From contig CAYVCM010000002.1 in the NCBI GenBank assembly GCA_964449925.1, forward strand, positions 1-57,123: a DNA stretch of 57,123 nt, read 5' to 3'. This DNA is from an uncultured Clostridium sp. GTDB taxonomy: Bacteria; Bacillota; Clostridia; TANB77; CAG-508. The notes below the pieces were generated by a model, which searched no databases, was not told the origin of the DNA, and worked only from the letters and a program-made list of their open reading frames with translations. Shown here piece after piece: positions 15,627 through 25,439 of this stretch (the stretch's first letter is position 1; each line of letters starts with the position of its first letter). The position numbers were made by a program, and so were the translations under genes.

Positions 15627-18080
15627 ATGGCAAAAAAAGAAATAAATACAGATTTATGGGTTAATGAACTATTAAAAGAAGCAAAAATAAATTTAACAGC
15701 TCAAGGATGTAATATATTAGAAATTGATAATGCTTTAAAGACTGCTTCGAAAAATGGAACGGGAAATGTTGGATATCCAGAGTTTTGCGGAGTGGTAAAA
15801 GATTATGTTATTGTTATAGAAGATAAAGCAGATGTAAGAAATCATATTAAGAGGGATGAGGAAGGAAATATCAGTAGAAATCAAAATGATATAAAAGAAT
15901 ATGCTGTAAATGGTGCTTTATTCTATGCACAACATATTATAAAGAATTCAACATATAAGAAAGCAATAGCAATAGGAGTATCTGGAAATGAAAAAAGACA
16001 TAGAATTTCACCAATATATGTTGACGAAACAGAATATTATAGAGAACTTAATGATGTAGAATCATTTATATCTTTTAATGATTTAAATATAGAAGAATAT
16101 TATATTAGAGAGGTTTTAAAAGAAAGTACTGATAAAGAGAAAGAAACTGCTGAAATATTAAAAGATGCTGCAGAACTTCATGAATATCTTAGAAATTATG
16201 GTAATATTAAAGATGAAGAAAAACCATTAATTGTTTCTGGAATATTACTTGCATTAAGAGAAGCAGAATTTAAGAATTTTAATATTGATGATCTAACTGG
16301 GGATACTGTAAAAACTGATGGTGCAAAAATAATGGACGCTATTGAAGCTAATTTAAATAGATCAAATGTAACTCCAGAGATAAAAAAAGATAAAATAAAG
16401 AATCAATTTAATATTATAAAAGAAAGTCCAAAATTAAATGAAGTTAATTCAAAATTAGGTGAAACACCATTAAAATTTTTTACTAAATTTTTGAATGAAA
16501 AATTATATATGAGTATTAAATATACAAATTCAGCAGAAGATTATCTAGGAAGATTTTATGGAGAATTTATGAGCTATTCTGGAGGAAGTGGACAGACATT
16601 AGGTATAATATTGACACCAAAACATATAACTGAATTATTTTGTGATTTAGTCGATTTAAAGCCAAATGACATTGTTATTGATCCATGTTGTGGTACAGGT
16701 GGTTTTTTAGTAGCTGCTATGCATAAAATGTTAAAAGAAACGAATGATGAAAATCAAAGAAGGAGTATAAAACAAAAACAATTACTGGGAATAGAGCAGA
16801 GAGTGGATATGTTTACAATAGCAACGACTAATATGATATTAAGAGGTGATGGAAAAAGTAATTTAATTAATGATGATTTTTTAAGCCTTAATCCTAATAA
16901 GATACAATTAAATCAACCAACAGTTGGATTAATGAATCCACCATATTCTCAGGGTAGTAAAAATAACCCAGATTTATATGAAATATCATTTATTGAACAT
17001 TTGCTTAATTCATTAGTTTACGAAGGAAGATGTGCTGTAATAGTTCCCCAATCTTGTTTTACAGGAAAAACGAGTGAAGAACAATCAATAAGAGAAAACA
17101 TATTAAAACATCATACTTTAGAAGGTGTGATTACTTTAAGTAAAGATACATTTTATAGGGTTGGAACTATGCCATGTATAGCAGTTTTTACTGCAGGAAT
17201 TCCTCATCCAAAAGAAAAAATATGTAAGTTTATTAATTTTGAAGATGATGGATATGAAGTTCAAAAGCATATTGGATTAGTTGAAACGGAGTCAGCAAAA
17301 GATAAAAAACAACATTTATTAGATGTGTGGTTTGATAGAATTGAAGAAGATACTAATTATTGCGTAAAAACAAAAATTACAAAAGATGACGAATGGTTAC
17401 ACTCATATTATTATTTTAATGAAGACATTCCAACAGAAGAAGAATTTCAAAATTCAATAAGTGATTCGTTAACTTTTGAATTTAAAATGATTATGAATGG
17501 AAAAGATTATTTATATAGTAATATTGATAAATTAAAATGTGTAAAAAATATTGAGAATTTAGAAGATAAAACATGGTTACCATTTAAAATTAAAGATTTA
17601 TTTGAAACTTTTAAGGGAAGTAATGGAATCCAAACACATACAGGAGCATATATGCCTAAAAACAAGTTAGTATCTGGTAGAACGCCTAGAATTACAGTTA
17701 GAGATACTAATAATGGTGTTGATGGCTTTTATGACTCAAAAGATAAAAATTATCGTGAGTTTGAAAATTTTATTAGTGTATCATTTTTGGGCAGTGTATT
17801 TTACCATCCTTATAAAGCATCACTGGATATGAAAGTTCATGCACTAATATTAAAAGATAGGAAGATGAATAAATATATAGCAGAATTCCTTAAAGTTATG
17901 ATAAAAATGAATACACAACATTCTTCATATGGAAATCAATTATCAAGTACAGACCTTCCAAATCTTAGAATATTATTGCCTGTGGATAAAAACGAGATAC
18001 CAGATTGGCAGTATATGGAGAACTATTCAATGAAGGTTATTTGTGATAAAATGAATAAATATTTAAATTATTTTAATTAA
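15627..18080 (+). CDS. fused N6-adenine DNA methyltransferase + HsdS-like specificity domain, with possible N-terminal PD-ExK nuclease (Type IIG-like)
   Basis: Motif I VIDPCCGTGGFL and motif IV LMNPPYS. The C-terminal 250 aa resembles a single HsdS TRD (WLPFKIKDLFE...LPNLRILLP). The N-terminus has GYPEF-x12-IEDKAD. GGAGGAG RBS fits ATG 15627. Confidence 0.75.
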   Translation: MAKKEINTDLWVNELLKEAKINLTAQGCNILEIDNALKTASKNGTGNVGYPEFCGVVKDYVIVIEDKADVRNHIKRDEEGNISRNQNDIKEYAVNGALFYAQHIIKNSTYKKAIAIGVSGNEKRHRISPIYVDETEYYRELNDVESFISFNDLNIEEYYIREVLKESTDKEKETAEILKDAAELHEYLRNYGNIKDEEKPLIVSGILLALREAEFKNFNIDDLTGDTVKTDGAKIMDAIEANLNRSNVTPEIKKDKIKNQFNIIKESPKLNEVNSKLGETPLKFFTKFLNEKLYMSIKYTNSAEDYLGRFYGEFMSYSGGSGQTLGIILTPKHITELFCDLVDLKPNDIVIDPCCGTGGFLVAAMHKMLKETNDENQRRSIKQKQLLGIEQRVDMFTIATTNMILRGDGKSNLINDDFLSLNPNKIQLNQPTVGLMNPPYSQGSKNNPDLYEISFIEHLLNSLVYEGRCAVIVPQSCFTGKTSEEQSIRENILKHHTLEGVITLSKDTFYRVGTMPCIAVFTAGIPHPKEKICKFINFEDDGYEVQKHIGLVETESAKDKKQHLLDVWFDRIEEDTNYCVKTKITKDDEWLHSYYYFNEDIPTEEEFQNSISDSLTFEFKMIMNGKDYLYSNIDKLKCVKNIENLEDKTWLPFKIKDLFETFKGSNGIQTHTGAYMPKNKLVSGRTPRITVRDTNNGVDGFYDSKDKNYREFENFISVSFLGSVFYHPYKASLDMKVHALILKDRKMNKYIAEFLKVMIKMNTQHSSYGNQLSSTDLPNLRILLPVDKNEIPDWQYMENYSMKVICDKMNKYLNYFN

Positions 18081-18094
18081 AGGGATGATAAGAA

Positions 18095-19234
18095 ATGGAT
18101 GAAAATCAAGAGCAAACAGAAGATCTAAATACAGATGATGAAAATATTCAATTAGCTGAAAATAAAGATATAGATAAATATGATGAAAATTTTGAAATGG
18201 TTTCATATTATGAAAAAAGAAAAATGCTAGAAAAAACAAAAATAGTAAAACAAACATGGTCAATAATTGAAATATTCCAGAAAATTAATGATGGAAAGTT
18301 AATATTAGATCCAGAATATCAAAGAAATGTCATCTGGGATACTGAGAAAAAAACATCTTTTATAGAATCTTTATATATGGGAATAATAATTCCACCGATT
18401 TATGTGGTTGAAATTCCAAATGATGATATATTGAGTGGAAGTAGATATGAAGTGGTTGATGGAAAACAACGATTATCAACAATAAAATCTTTTATTAGTA
18501 ATGAATTGATATTAAAGAAAAAAAACTTGGAATATTATGCTGATTTATTTGGAGATAAAATATTTAGCGAGATAAAAGAAGAAAATATAAAGGAAACTAC
18601 TGAAATGCTTTCATCTGTATTAGATGTATATGTAATTACTGCTAATTCTCCAGAATTTACTAAATATGATATTTTTTCTAGATTAAATAAGGGATCAGAA
18701 AAATTAAGAGTTAATGAGATTAGAAAAGCTATATACCATTCAAATCTTACAAAGTTAATTGATGATTTTGTGAAAAATAATCAAAATCAAGAGGAATATA
18801 AAAAAGTATTTACTTTAAATGATAGAAAGAGATATGAAGATTATGGTAGATTCTATAAAAGTATGGCTTTTTATATTAGATCTAATTTGAAAACTGGAAT
18901 TGTTGAAAAATATAATTCGAGACCGAGAGAAATGATAAACGATGTTTTGCAAGAGTTTCAAAATAAAAAACATAAAGATGTCACTAGTGAAGAAATAAAT
19001 GAAATATTAGAAAAAACTATTAAAATGTTAATATTGTTTAAGGAATATAAAGGCAAAGATTATCTAATAGATGCATGTATACCTTTTGCAATAAATAATT
19101 GGAAAAAATTTGAAAAAAAAGTAAATATTATATTAGAAGATAAAGAATTATTATCAACATTTCAACAATCTCCAGCTACGACAACTAATGTAAATAAAAG
19201 ATTAAGTTGTGTAATGAGAATAATGAAGGAATAA
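18095..19234 (+). CDS. DUF262 (ParB-like/GmrSD N-terminal type) domain protein
   Basis: LDPEYQRNVIWDTEKKTSFIESLYMGIIIPPIYVV...VVDGKQRLSTI is the DUF262 signature with DGxQR. No DUF1524/HNH-type C-terminus was recognised. Confidence 0.7.
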   Translation: MDENQEQTEDLNTDDENIQLAENKDIDKYDENFEMVSYYEKRKMLEKTKIVKQTWSIIEIFQKINDGKLILDPEYQRNVIWDTEKKTSFIESLYMGIIIPPIYVVEIPNDDILSGSRYEVVDGKQRLSTIKSFISNELILKKKNLEYYADLFGDKIFSEIKEENIKETTEMLSSVLDVYVITANSPEFTKYDIFSRLNKGSEKLRVNEIRKAIYHSNLTKLIDDFVKNNQNQEEYKKVFTLNDRKRYEDYGRFYKSMAFYIRSNLKTGIVEKYNSRPREMINDVLQEFQNKKHKDVTSEEINEILEKTIKMLILFKEYKGKDYLIDACIPFAINNWKKFEKKVNIILEDKELLSTFQQSPATTTNVNKRLSCVMRIMKE

Positions 19235-19237
19235 TTA

Positions 19238-19867
19238 ATGAAAAACAGTGCAGATGAAATTCGTTTTCAGATAAGATCAGTTATCATAGTAAAATTTTTT
19301 GAATTGTATAAAGTATTGGAGAAAGAAGCAATAGATATTTTTTGTGAAGAAATAAAAAATGTTGATGAAAAATTTAAAAATAAATTATACTTTTTGTATG
19401 GAGGAAATTCGAATATAAAAATAGATATATCAAATAGCAAATTGTATATGGATCCTAAAACTTTCAGTGTAGATGAAGATTTTAGAAATTTTACGTTTAA
19501 CCAAATAATAAAGATATGTAAAATAGATAATAAAATAAAGAAATTTGATTTCAATATTAATTCAATGCAAAAGAGACAAGAAGAAATTGATTTTTATAGT
19601 TCTTGTGAAAAACTAATAAATATGAGAAATAAATTAGCACATGAGATTTTAATTGATAATTTTAAAGATAAAGATATTGTGGAAATGTTATCTGATAAAA
19701 AAATAGAAGAAAATATAATTTCTGAATTGTCAAACTTTGATATAAAATTAATGAATGTACCAGAAAAACAGATATATTCAAATTTATTATATTTAAATAT
19801 TATAATATTGAAACTTACAAATAAAGATAAGATATTAAATTTTATATGCTTAGGGGGAATTGATTAA
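19238..19867 (+). CDS. hypothetical protein with HEPN-like Rx4H motif
   Basis: LINMRNKLAHE matches the RNxxAH HEPN/DUF4145-type motif. The gene starts 3 nt after the DUF262 stop. Confidence 0.45.
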   Translation: MKNSADEIRFQIRSVIIVKFFELYKVLEKEAIDIFCEEIKNVDEKFKNKLYFLYGGNSNIKIDISNSKLYMDPKTFSVDEDFRNFTFNQIIKICKIDNKIKKFDFNINSMQKRQEEIDFYSSCEKLINMRNKLAHEILIDNFKDKDIVEMLSDKKIEENIISELSNFDIKLMNVPEKQIYSNLLYLNIIILKLTNKDKILNFICLGGID

Positions 19868-20797
19868 TTGAATAGGTTAGGAAAATTAGAAAAAGTAAAT
19901 TTAAGAGATATTTGGCCAAATGAAGAATATGATTTCTCTGTTTGGTTAAGCAAACAAGAAAATTTAAAAGAATTAAGTGATGCAATAGGAATAGATATAG
20001 AATTAGAAGAAAGAGAATCATCTGTTGGAAAATATAGTGTTGATATTTATGGAAGAGAAGAAGGAACAGACAGAAAAATTGTAATAGAAAATCAGCTAGA
20101 AGATTCTAATCATGATCATTTAGGAAAGGTAATTACATATGCTTCTGGGAAAGATGCAAAAACTATTATTTGGATAGTTAAAAGAGCTAGAGATGAACAT
20201 AGACAAGCTATAGAATGGTTGAATTCACATACTGATGAAGAAATAGGATTTTTCTTATTAGAAATTGAAGTTTGGAAGATAGGTGATTCCTTAGCTGCAC
20301 CTAAATTTAATATAGTGTCAAAACCAAATGATTGGGGAAAAACTCAAAAAGCAAGTAATGGACTTGGAAAAGCTCAAAAATTACAAGGAGAGTTTTGGCA
20401 GGCATTTGGAGAATATGGTGCAAGTAACGAAGAATATTCAAAAGAATTTAATAAGAGAAAAGCTTTACCACAACATTGGTATGACTTACCTATGGGAAAC
20501 TCTGAATATCATATTTCATTAACATGTGCAACACAAAGAAATGAAATAGGAATAGAAGTTTATATTGATAATAACAAAGAAATATATGATTTATTTTATG
20601 CTAATAAAGAATTGATAGAAGAAAAGACTGGATTAAAATATAAATGGCAACGATTAGATAATAAAAAAGCTTCAAGAATAAAGGCTATAAAAAAATGTGA
20701 TGTAACAAATCAAGAAAAGTGGGAAGAATGCTTTAAATGGTTTTGTGATTACGCATTGGTGATAAAAAAAGAATTTAATAAAATTTATAATAAATAA
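19868..20797 (+). CDS. DUF4268-type protein with N-terminal PD-(D/E)xK-like domain
   Basis: YSVDIYGRE...KIVIENQLEDSNHDHLGKVITYASG resembles the ENQL..DH.HLG.. signature of DUF4268 proteins. TTG start abuts the previous stop. Confidence 0.55.
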   Translation: MNRLGKLEKVNLRDIWPNEEYDFSVWLSKQENLKELSDAIGIDIELEERESSVGKYSVDIYGREEGTDRKIVIENQLEDSNHDHLGKVITYASGKDAKTIIWIVKRARDEHRQAIEWLNSHTDEEIGFFLLEIEVWKIGDSLAAPKFNIVSKPNDWGKTQKASNGLGKAQKLQGEFWQAFGEYGASNEEYSKEFNKRKALPQHWYDLPMGNSEYHISLTCATQRNEIGIEVYIDNNKEIYDLFYANKELIEEKTGLKYKWQRLDNKKASRIKAIKKCDVTNQEKWEECFKWFCDYALVIKKEFNKIYNK

Positions 20798-20806
20798 AAT
20801 ATTTTT

Positions 20807-20843
20807 ACAAAAGACAAGGTAACGGGATTATCTTGTCTTTTGT
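20807..20843 (+). terminator. 12-bp perfect hairpin ACAAAAGACAAG...CTTGTCTTTTGT between DUF4268 and KAP genes
   Basis: Stem 20807-20818 / 20832-20843, followed directly by the GGAGG of the KAP gene. No long T-run, so it may be an attenuator or processing site. Confidence 0.4.
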
Positions 20844-20857
20844 AATGGAGGAATAAG

Positions 20858-23464
20858 ATGAAAGAAAGAATAAATTTTCTAAAAATATTTAACGTTAGAG
20901 AGATAATTGAAACTATTTTATTATTTATAATAGTATTTTTGTTAATAGATATGTTTAATATTCCTACTTTTTTACTAGAAAATTATGATATATATTGTAT
21001 TATTGCTTTAATAGTAGTTATTACATTTTTTATAATTGATAAAAAATTTTTAAACTTGATAAAGGTTAATGTCTTTAATTATTTTGATTTAATATTATTT
21101 ACAAGTTTTATATCTACGACAATATATATATTATATAGTAAATATATTTCATATTCAAGTTTTAAATTAATAATGTGTATATTACTAGAAAATATATTGA
21201 TAGGTTTTATAATCTTAAGATTTATCATTATGTACATATTGGATAAAAAAGTAAATGAGAAAAAAGAATTTAATGTATATGATATTAGAAAATTATATAA
21301 AAATGAAATAGATAATAGTAATCATGATTTAATTTTTCTTGAAGAAAAAGATGTTGATTATGATTTACTAAATAGAAATAAAATTATTGGAGATTTATTT
21401 AATAGTATAAATTATTGCAAAAATAAAGAGAGATTTATAATATCTTTAACAGGAAAGTGGGGTTCTGGTAAAACTACAATATTAAATATTGTGAAAAAAC
21501 AATTAGATTCTGAAAGCTTTATAATTATTGATAATTTTGAAACATGGAAATATAATAATGAAAAATCTTTGTTATGTGGAATGTTTGATGAAATTATAAA
21601 AAAAATTGGTATAAATTTTAGTACGTTGGAAGTAAAAAAGTTTGTTAATAGTTGTATAGCTATAGTTTCAGCAAAAACAGATGTAAATATAGGATACTTT
21701 TCATTGGATTATAAAATAATAGATAAAATTAAATTAATGATAGGGGAGTATTTAAAAAAGAATAATAAAAGAGTAGTGTTCATTATAGATAATCTTGAAA
21801 GGACAAATGAAAATAACATTTTAGTTATTCTAAAAACTATTTCTACAATTTTAAATATAGATAGATTTATATATGTTTTGAGTTATGATGAAAATGAAAT
21901 GCAAGATATATTTAATAATAAATTGTATATCAATTATGATTACATGGACAAAGTAGTTCAACTACCATTATCTGTTCCAGATATAAACCAAGAAGATATA
22001 GATGAAGTTTGCACAATATGTTTGAAAAATTTATTAATTCATTATGGAATTAATAAAAAAGATATAGAACATTATTCATCTGCAATAAATTTATTCAATA
22101 AAAACATAAAGGACCTTAGATCTTTTAAGAGAAAAATTAACTCAATATGTAATTGTTGTTTTTTTGGCGATAATTATTTAAATAAGGCAGACTATTTCTT
22201 ACTAGAATTAATTAGACAAGAAAATATAGAATTATATAAAGATATTAGAAAAAATTATGAATACTATGTTTCAGAAGACCAAGTTGCAGTTTATGGTTAT
22301 TTAAAAGATAATGCAAAAGAATTTAATGAACGAGCAACTAAATATTTTGATGAACTATTTGAAAACGATAAAAATAAAGAATATAAAAATATACTTTGTT
22401 TATTATTCCCAAATGTTGAAAAATATAATAATGCATATAGAGTTTATCGTAATAGTGTAGAATTTTTAAATGAATCAGAATACCGTATTCCAAGAGATAA
22501 AGAAAAGTATAGAAAGTCTATAACTGAAAGAAGAATATATAATGCTAAATTCTTTGATTTATACTTTATCAAACAAGAAAATGATTTTATAAATATAGAT
22601 AGTAAAATAAAGGAATTTATTGAATGGGATAATAAAAATAAGATTGATTTAGAAAATATTGAAGAAATTAAAATATTACAAAACAAACTTTCAGAAATTC
22701 TATATATGTATAAAGGAATAGGACAAAAATTTATAATTGAAACAATGGAAATGTACTGTAGAAATCTTGATAAAAATAAAGTTCCTATTTTGATGTGCTT
22801 GATAAAATCACAAGAATATATGGATAATACATCAATCTTTTTAGGACTAAATGCAAAAGATAGATTAGAAATAGTTTGTGCAGAAATAATAAGATATTTA
22901 TCTAAAGAAGAATTAGAACAATTAAAATCAATAGTTGAGATTAATTATAAAAACATGTACTTTATAAGAGGAATAATACAATGGTTAAAGAAAGAAAATA
23001 ATTCTTTTGAGCAAGATTATAATGAAAGAATATATAGAGAGTTGGATGAAAGTTATAAAAAATTAATAGCTAATGTTACTATAAACCAAATTAACATTTA
23101 TAGCAATAAAAATTATTCAAGACATAATATATATTGTTTAATTGATAGTGAAGAATGTATGAATCAAATGAAAAATATTAATGAAAAAAATATATTTGCA
23201 TTTTTAGCAGATATGATATCAAATTCAGTAGGAACAGGTGGATACGGTTATTCAATTAATTTAGATACATTCAATAAACTTAGTTCATATGAAATTGTTG
23301 ATGCAATATTATCTAAAATTAATGATGAGGATTTAAATGATATAGAAAAATTTATAAAAAGAGTATATAAAAAGTCAAAAGAAAAGGAAACGAATTCTTC
23401 ATTACACGAAAAAGCAGAATATGTTGATAAATTTATTGACTTGAGAGAAATAAATATAAAATAA
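20858..23464 (+). CDS. KAP-family P-loop NTPase with N-terminal transmembrane helices
   Basis: Walker A LTGKWGSGKTTIL and Walker B-like VVFIIDNLER. Residues ~20-125 form 4-5 hydrophobic helices. Confidence 0.75.
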   Translation: MKERINFLKIFNVREIIETILLFIIVFLLIDMFNIPTFLLENYDIYCIIALIVVITFFIIDKKFLNLIKVNVFNYFDLILFTSFISTTIYILYSKYISYSSFKLIMCILLENILIGFIILRFIIMYILDKKVNEKKEFNVYDIRKLYKNEIDNSNHDLIFLEEKDVDYDLLNRNKIIGDLFNSINYCKNKERFIISLTGKWGSGKTTILNIVKKQLDSESFIIIDNFETWKYNNEKSLLCGMFDEIIKKIGINFSTLEVKKFVNSCIAIVSAKTDVNIGYFSLDYKIIDKIKLMIGEYLKKNNKRVVFIIDNLERTNENNILVILKTISTILNIDRFIYVLSYDENEMQDIFNNKLYINYDYMDKVVQLPLSVPDINQEDIDEVCTICLKNLLIHYGINKKDIEHYSSAINLFNKNIKDLRSFKRKINSICNCCFFGDNYLNKADYFLLELIRQENIELYKDIRKNYEYYVSEDQVAVYGYLKDNAKEFNERATKYFDELFENDKNKEYKNILCLLFPNVEKYNNAYRVYRNSVEFLNESEYRIPRDKEKYRKSITERRIYNAKFFDLYFIKQENDFINIDSKIKEFIEWDNKNKIDLENIEEIKILQNKLSEILYMYKGIGQKFIIETMEMYCRNLDKNKVPILMCLIKSQEYMDNTSIFLGLNAKDRLEIVCAEIIRYLSKEELEQLKSIVEINYKNMYFIRGIIQWLKKENNSFEQDYNERIYRELDESYKKLIANVTINQINIYSNKNYSRHNIYCLIDSEECMNQMKNINEKNIFAFLADMISNSVGTGGYGYSINLDTFNKLSSYEIVDAILSKINDEDLNDIEKFIKRVYKKSKEKETNSSLHEKAEYVDKFIDLREINIK

Positions 23465-23482
23465 AAAGGTGAATAATACGAT

Positions 23483-23977
23483 ATGGAAATTATAGAATAT
23501 GATTATAATACAAGATTGGAGTGTTCTAAATTTATTAGAAAATACAATAAATCAAAATATTTGAATACTTTAAATATACAAACTTTTTCGAAAGGGAAAA
23601 AGATATTTTTAGTTGTAGAAAAAACAATTTTTTATAGATATAAAATACTAGGATATGCAATAATTTATGAAGATTTGCATGTGATATGTTATTCAAATAA
23701 TATAAGTAAAAAATATGATGAAGATGATGAAACTATATTCATTTCTGATTTTATGATAGATTATCCATATCGTAACCAAGGAATTGGAAAGTTTTTAGCT
23801 AAATATATTTTATATGAAGTATATAAAAATAAAAACATTATTTTACAACCAGATGATGATGGTAATTGGTTTTGGAAAAAATTTGAATTTGTACATGACA
23901 AAATATCGCAACATGCGACATTAATATTAAAAAAGAAAAATAATAAAGTAAATATAGGAGAAATAAGAAATGAATGA
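23483..23977 (+). CDS. GNAT-like acetyltransferase
   Basis: ISDFMIDYPYRNQGIGKFLAKYIL corresponds to GNAT motif A (R/Q-x-x-G-x-G). Confidence 0.5.
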   Translation: MEIIEYDYNTRLECSKFIRKYNKSKYLNTLNIQTFSKGKKIFLVVEKTIFYRYKILGYAIIYEDLHVICYSNNISKKYDEDDETIFISDFMIDYPYRNQGIGKFLAKYILYEVYKNKNIILQPDDDGNWFWKKFEFVHDKISQHATLILKKKNNKVNIGEIRNE

Positions 23978-24545
23978 TATAAACATTATTTCAGATATTA
24001 TTATTCCTATATTAGCATCTTTTATTGGAGGAATATTAACATTAGGAGGAGTGATAATAACAATAAATACTCAAAAGAAGAACGATATAGAAAATAAAAA
24101 ATTAAGAATAAAACCATATTTTTATGCTAATAATCCATATCAAATAATAGATGGACTGGATAAAGCTGATAATTTTGTTATGGTAAATGAAAGTAAAGTT
24201 AAGGGAGATTATAAAATAGATGGTATAATAAAGAATACAGATAATGCAATAATGATATTAAAAAATATAATTATAGATGGAAAATATTATTTTCCTGAGC
24301 ATGGTAATATAATAGATAAAAATACTATTTTTTATTTACATATTTTCCCTGATGAAATTAAAAATGCTAATGAAGTATATTTAACAGTTACAGATGTTAT
24401 GAATAATGAATATTATTACAAATTAGAATATTATTTTGATGGAAAAAATACTATGGAATACAAGGATTTGAAGAGTTGGAAAATAAAGAGTAAAAAGGAA
24501 ACAGAAAAAGTTGATTTATCTGTTTCTTTTTTACTACATAACTGA
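23970..24545 (+). CDS. hypothetical membrane-anchored protein
   Basis: One N-terminal TM helix (IISDIIIPILASFIGGILTLGGVIITI). Overlaps the GNAT stop by 8 nt. Confidence 0.4.
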   Translation: MNDINIISDIIIPILASFIGGILTLGGVIITINTQKKNDIENKKLRIKPYFYANNPYQIIDGLDKADNFVMVNESKVKGDYKIDGIIKNTDNAIMILKNIIIDGKYYFPEHGNIIDKNTIFYLHIFPDEIKNANEVYLTVTDVMNNEYYYKLEYYFDGKNTMEYKDLKSWKIKSKKETEKVDLSVSFLLHN

Positions 24546-24560
24546 ATAGTGATTCAACTA

Positions 24561-24860
24561 TTATTCAAAACATCCCATAACTAATTGAGAACCATCAACA
24601 AAGCCATTTCTATAATACTTCTCATTCCAATAACAAAGATAATCCATAAAATTCTCATCAAGTTTATCTAATTGTCTCTTAACATACTTTTGACTCTGTT
24701 TAGGTACAGTCTTTAAAATATTCTCAACAATTTCATCAAAATAGATATGATGTTTTTTATCTTCTTCAGTAAGACTACCAAAAACCTCCTGTTCTCTATA
24801 ATCTAACCACTCTTTTAATATATCTTCATCATTAACTTCTCTAAAATTAACCATTTTCAT
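24561..24860 (-). CDS. hypothetical protein (TnpV-adjacent)
   Basis: 99-aa ORF downstream of tnpV on the same strand; no motif. Confidence 0.4.
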   Translation of the reverse strand: MKMVNFREVNDEDILKEWLDYREQEVFGSLTEEDKKHHIYFDEIVENILKTVPKQSQKYVKRQLDKLDENFMDYLCYWNEKYYRNGFVDGSQLVMGCFE

Positions 24861-24866
24861 ATCCTC

Positions 24867-25223
24867 CTACACATATATAATTTCATTCAATACGATTTCT
24901 TCTGCTCTATTTTTAATATTATTCATAGCCTGAACCCATTCCATTGGATGATGTTCTTTTAAGTATTCATCAATATTTTCAGACTTGGCAAATTGTTTTA
25001 TAAGCATGTGCACTCTTTCATTAGCATTCTCATCAATATCTAACAAATGCTGTTTCAAAGTACCATCTATAAGTAATTCAGTATATAGACCTTTATTAAA
25101 ATTTTTTAAATAATCTAGTCGCAATTTGCCATACTTTCCAATGTGACCATCAGGCTGTTTGGGTAAATACAAATTTGGTATAAAATAATCTCCTTCTTTA
25201 TAATAAGTAATTTTATTATTCAT
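24867..25223 (-). CDS. tnpV: TnpV-family transposon protein
   Basis: YYKEGDYFIPNL..P......IGKYGKLRLDYLKN...LYTELLIDGTL..HL.DID..A..R......MEWV..MNNI...AEEIVLNEIIY resembles Tn4451-type TnpV. Confidence 0.6.
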   Translation of the reverse strand: MNNKITYYKEGDYFIPNLYLPKQPDGHIGKYGKLRLDYLKNFNKGLYTELLIDGTLKQHLLDIDENANERVHMLIKQFAKSENIDEYLKEHHPMEWVQAMNNIKNRAEEIVLNEIIYV

Positions 25224-25299
25224 AACTGTAAACCTCCTAAATAAATTTTAGGTTTCCCATTAATATCCAATTTTTATACGAACAAATGTATAAAACAAG

Positions 25300-25332
25300 T
25301 TGGGGAAAAGTTGGGGAAGAAATCCTCAAAAA
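25300..25332 (+). repeat. 33-bp direct repeat copy 2 (candidate arm-type site)
   Basis: Identical to 6725-6757. Lies 107 bp before att core copy 2. Confidence 0.6.
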
Positions 25333-25439
25333 ACGTCCTAAAATTACACAAATGTTCGATATGCTAAAATACCCGAAGGTACTAAAATATTAGCTAAAAC
25401 TCTTGATTTCACTAAAGTTCAAAAAGCAGTCAACCCATT

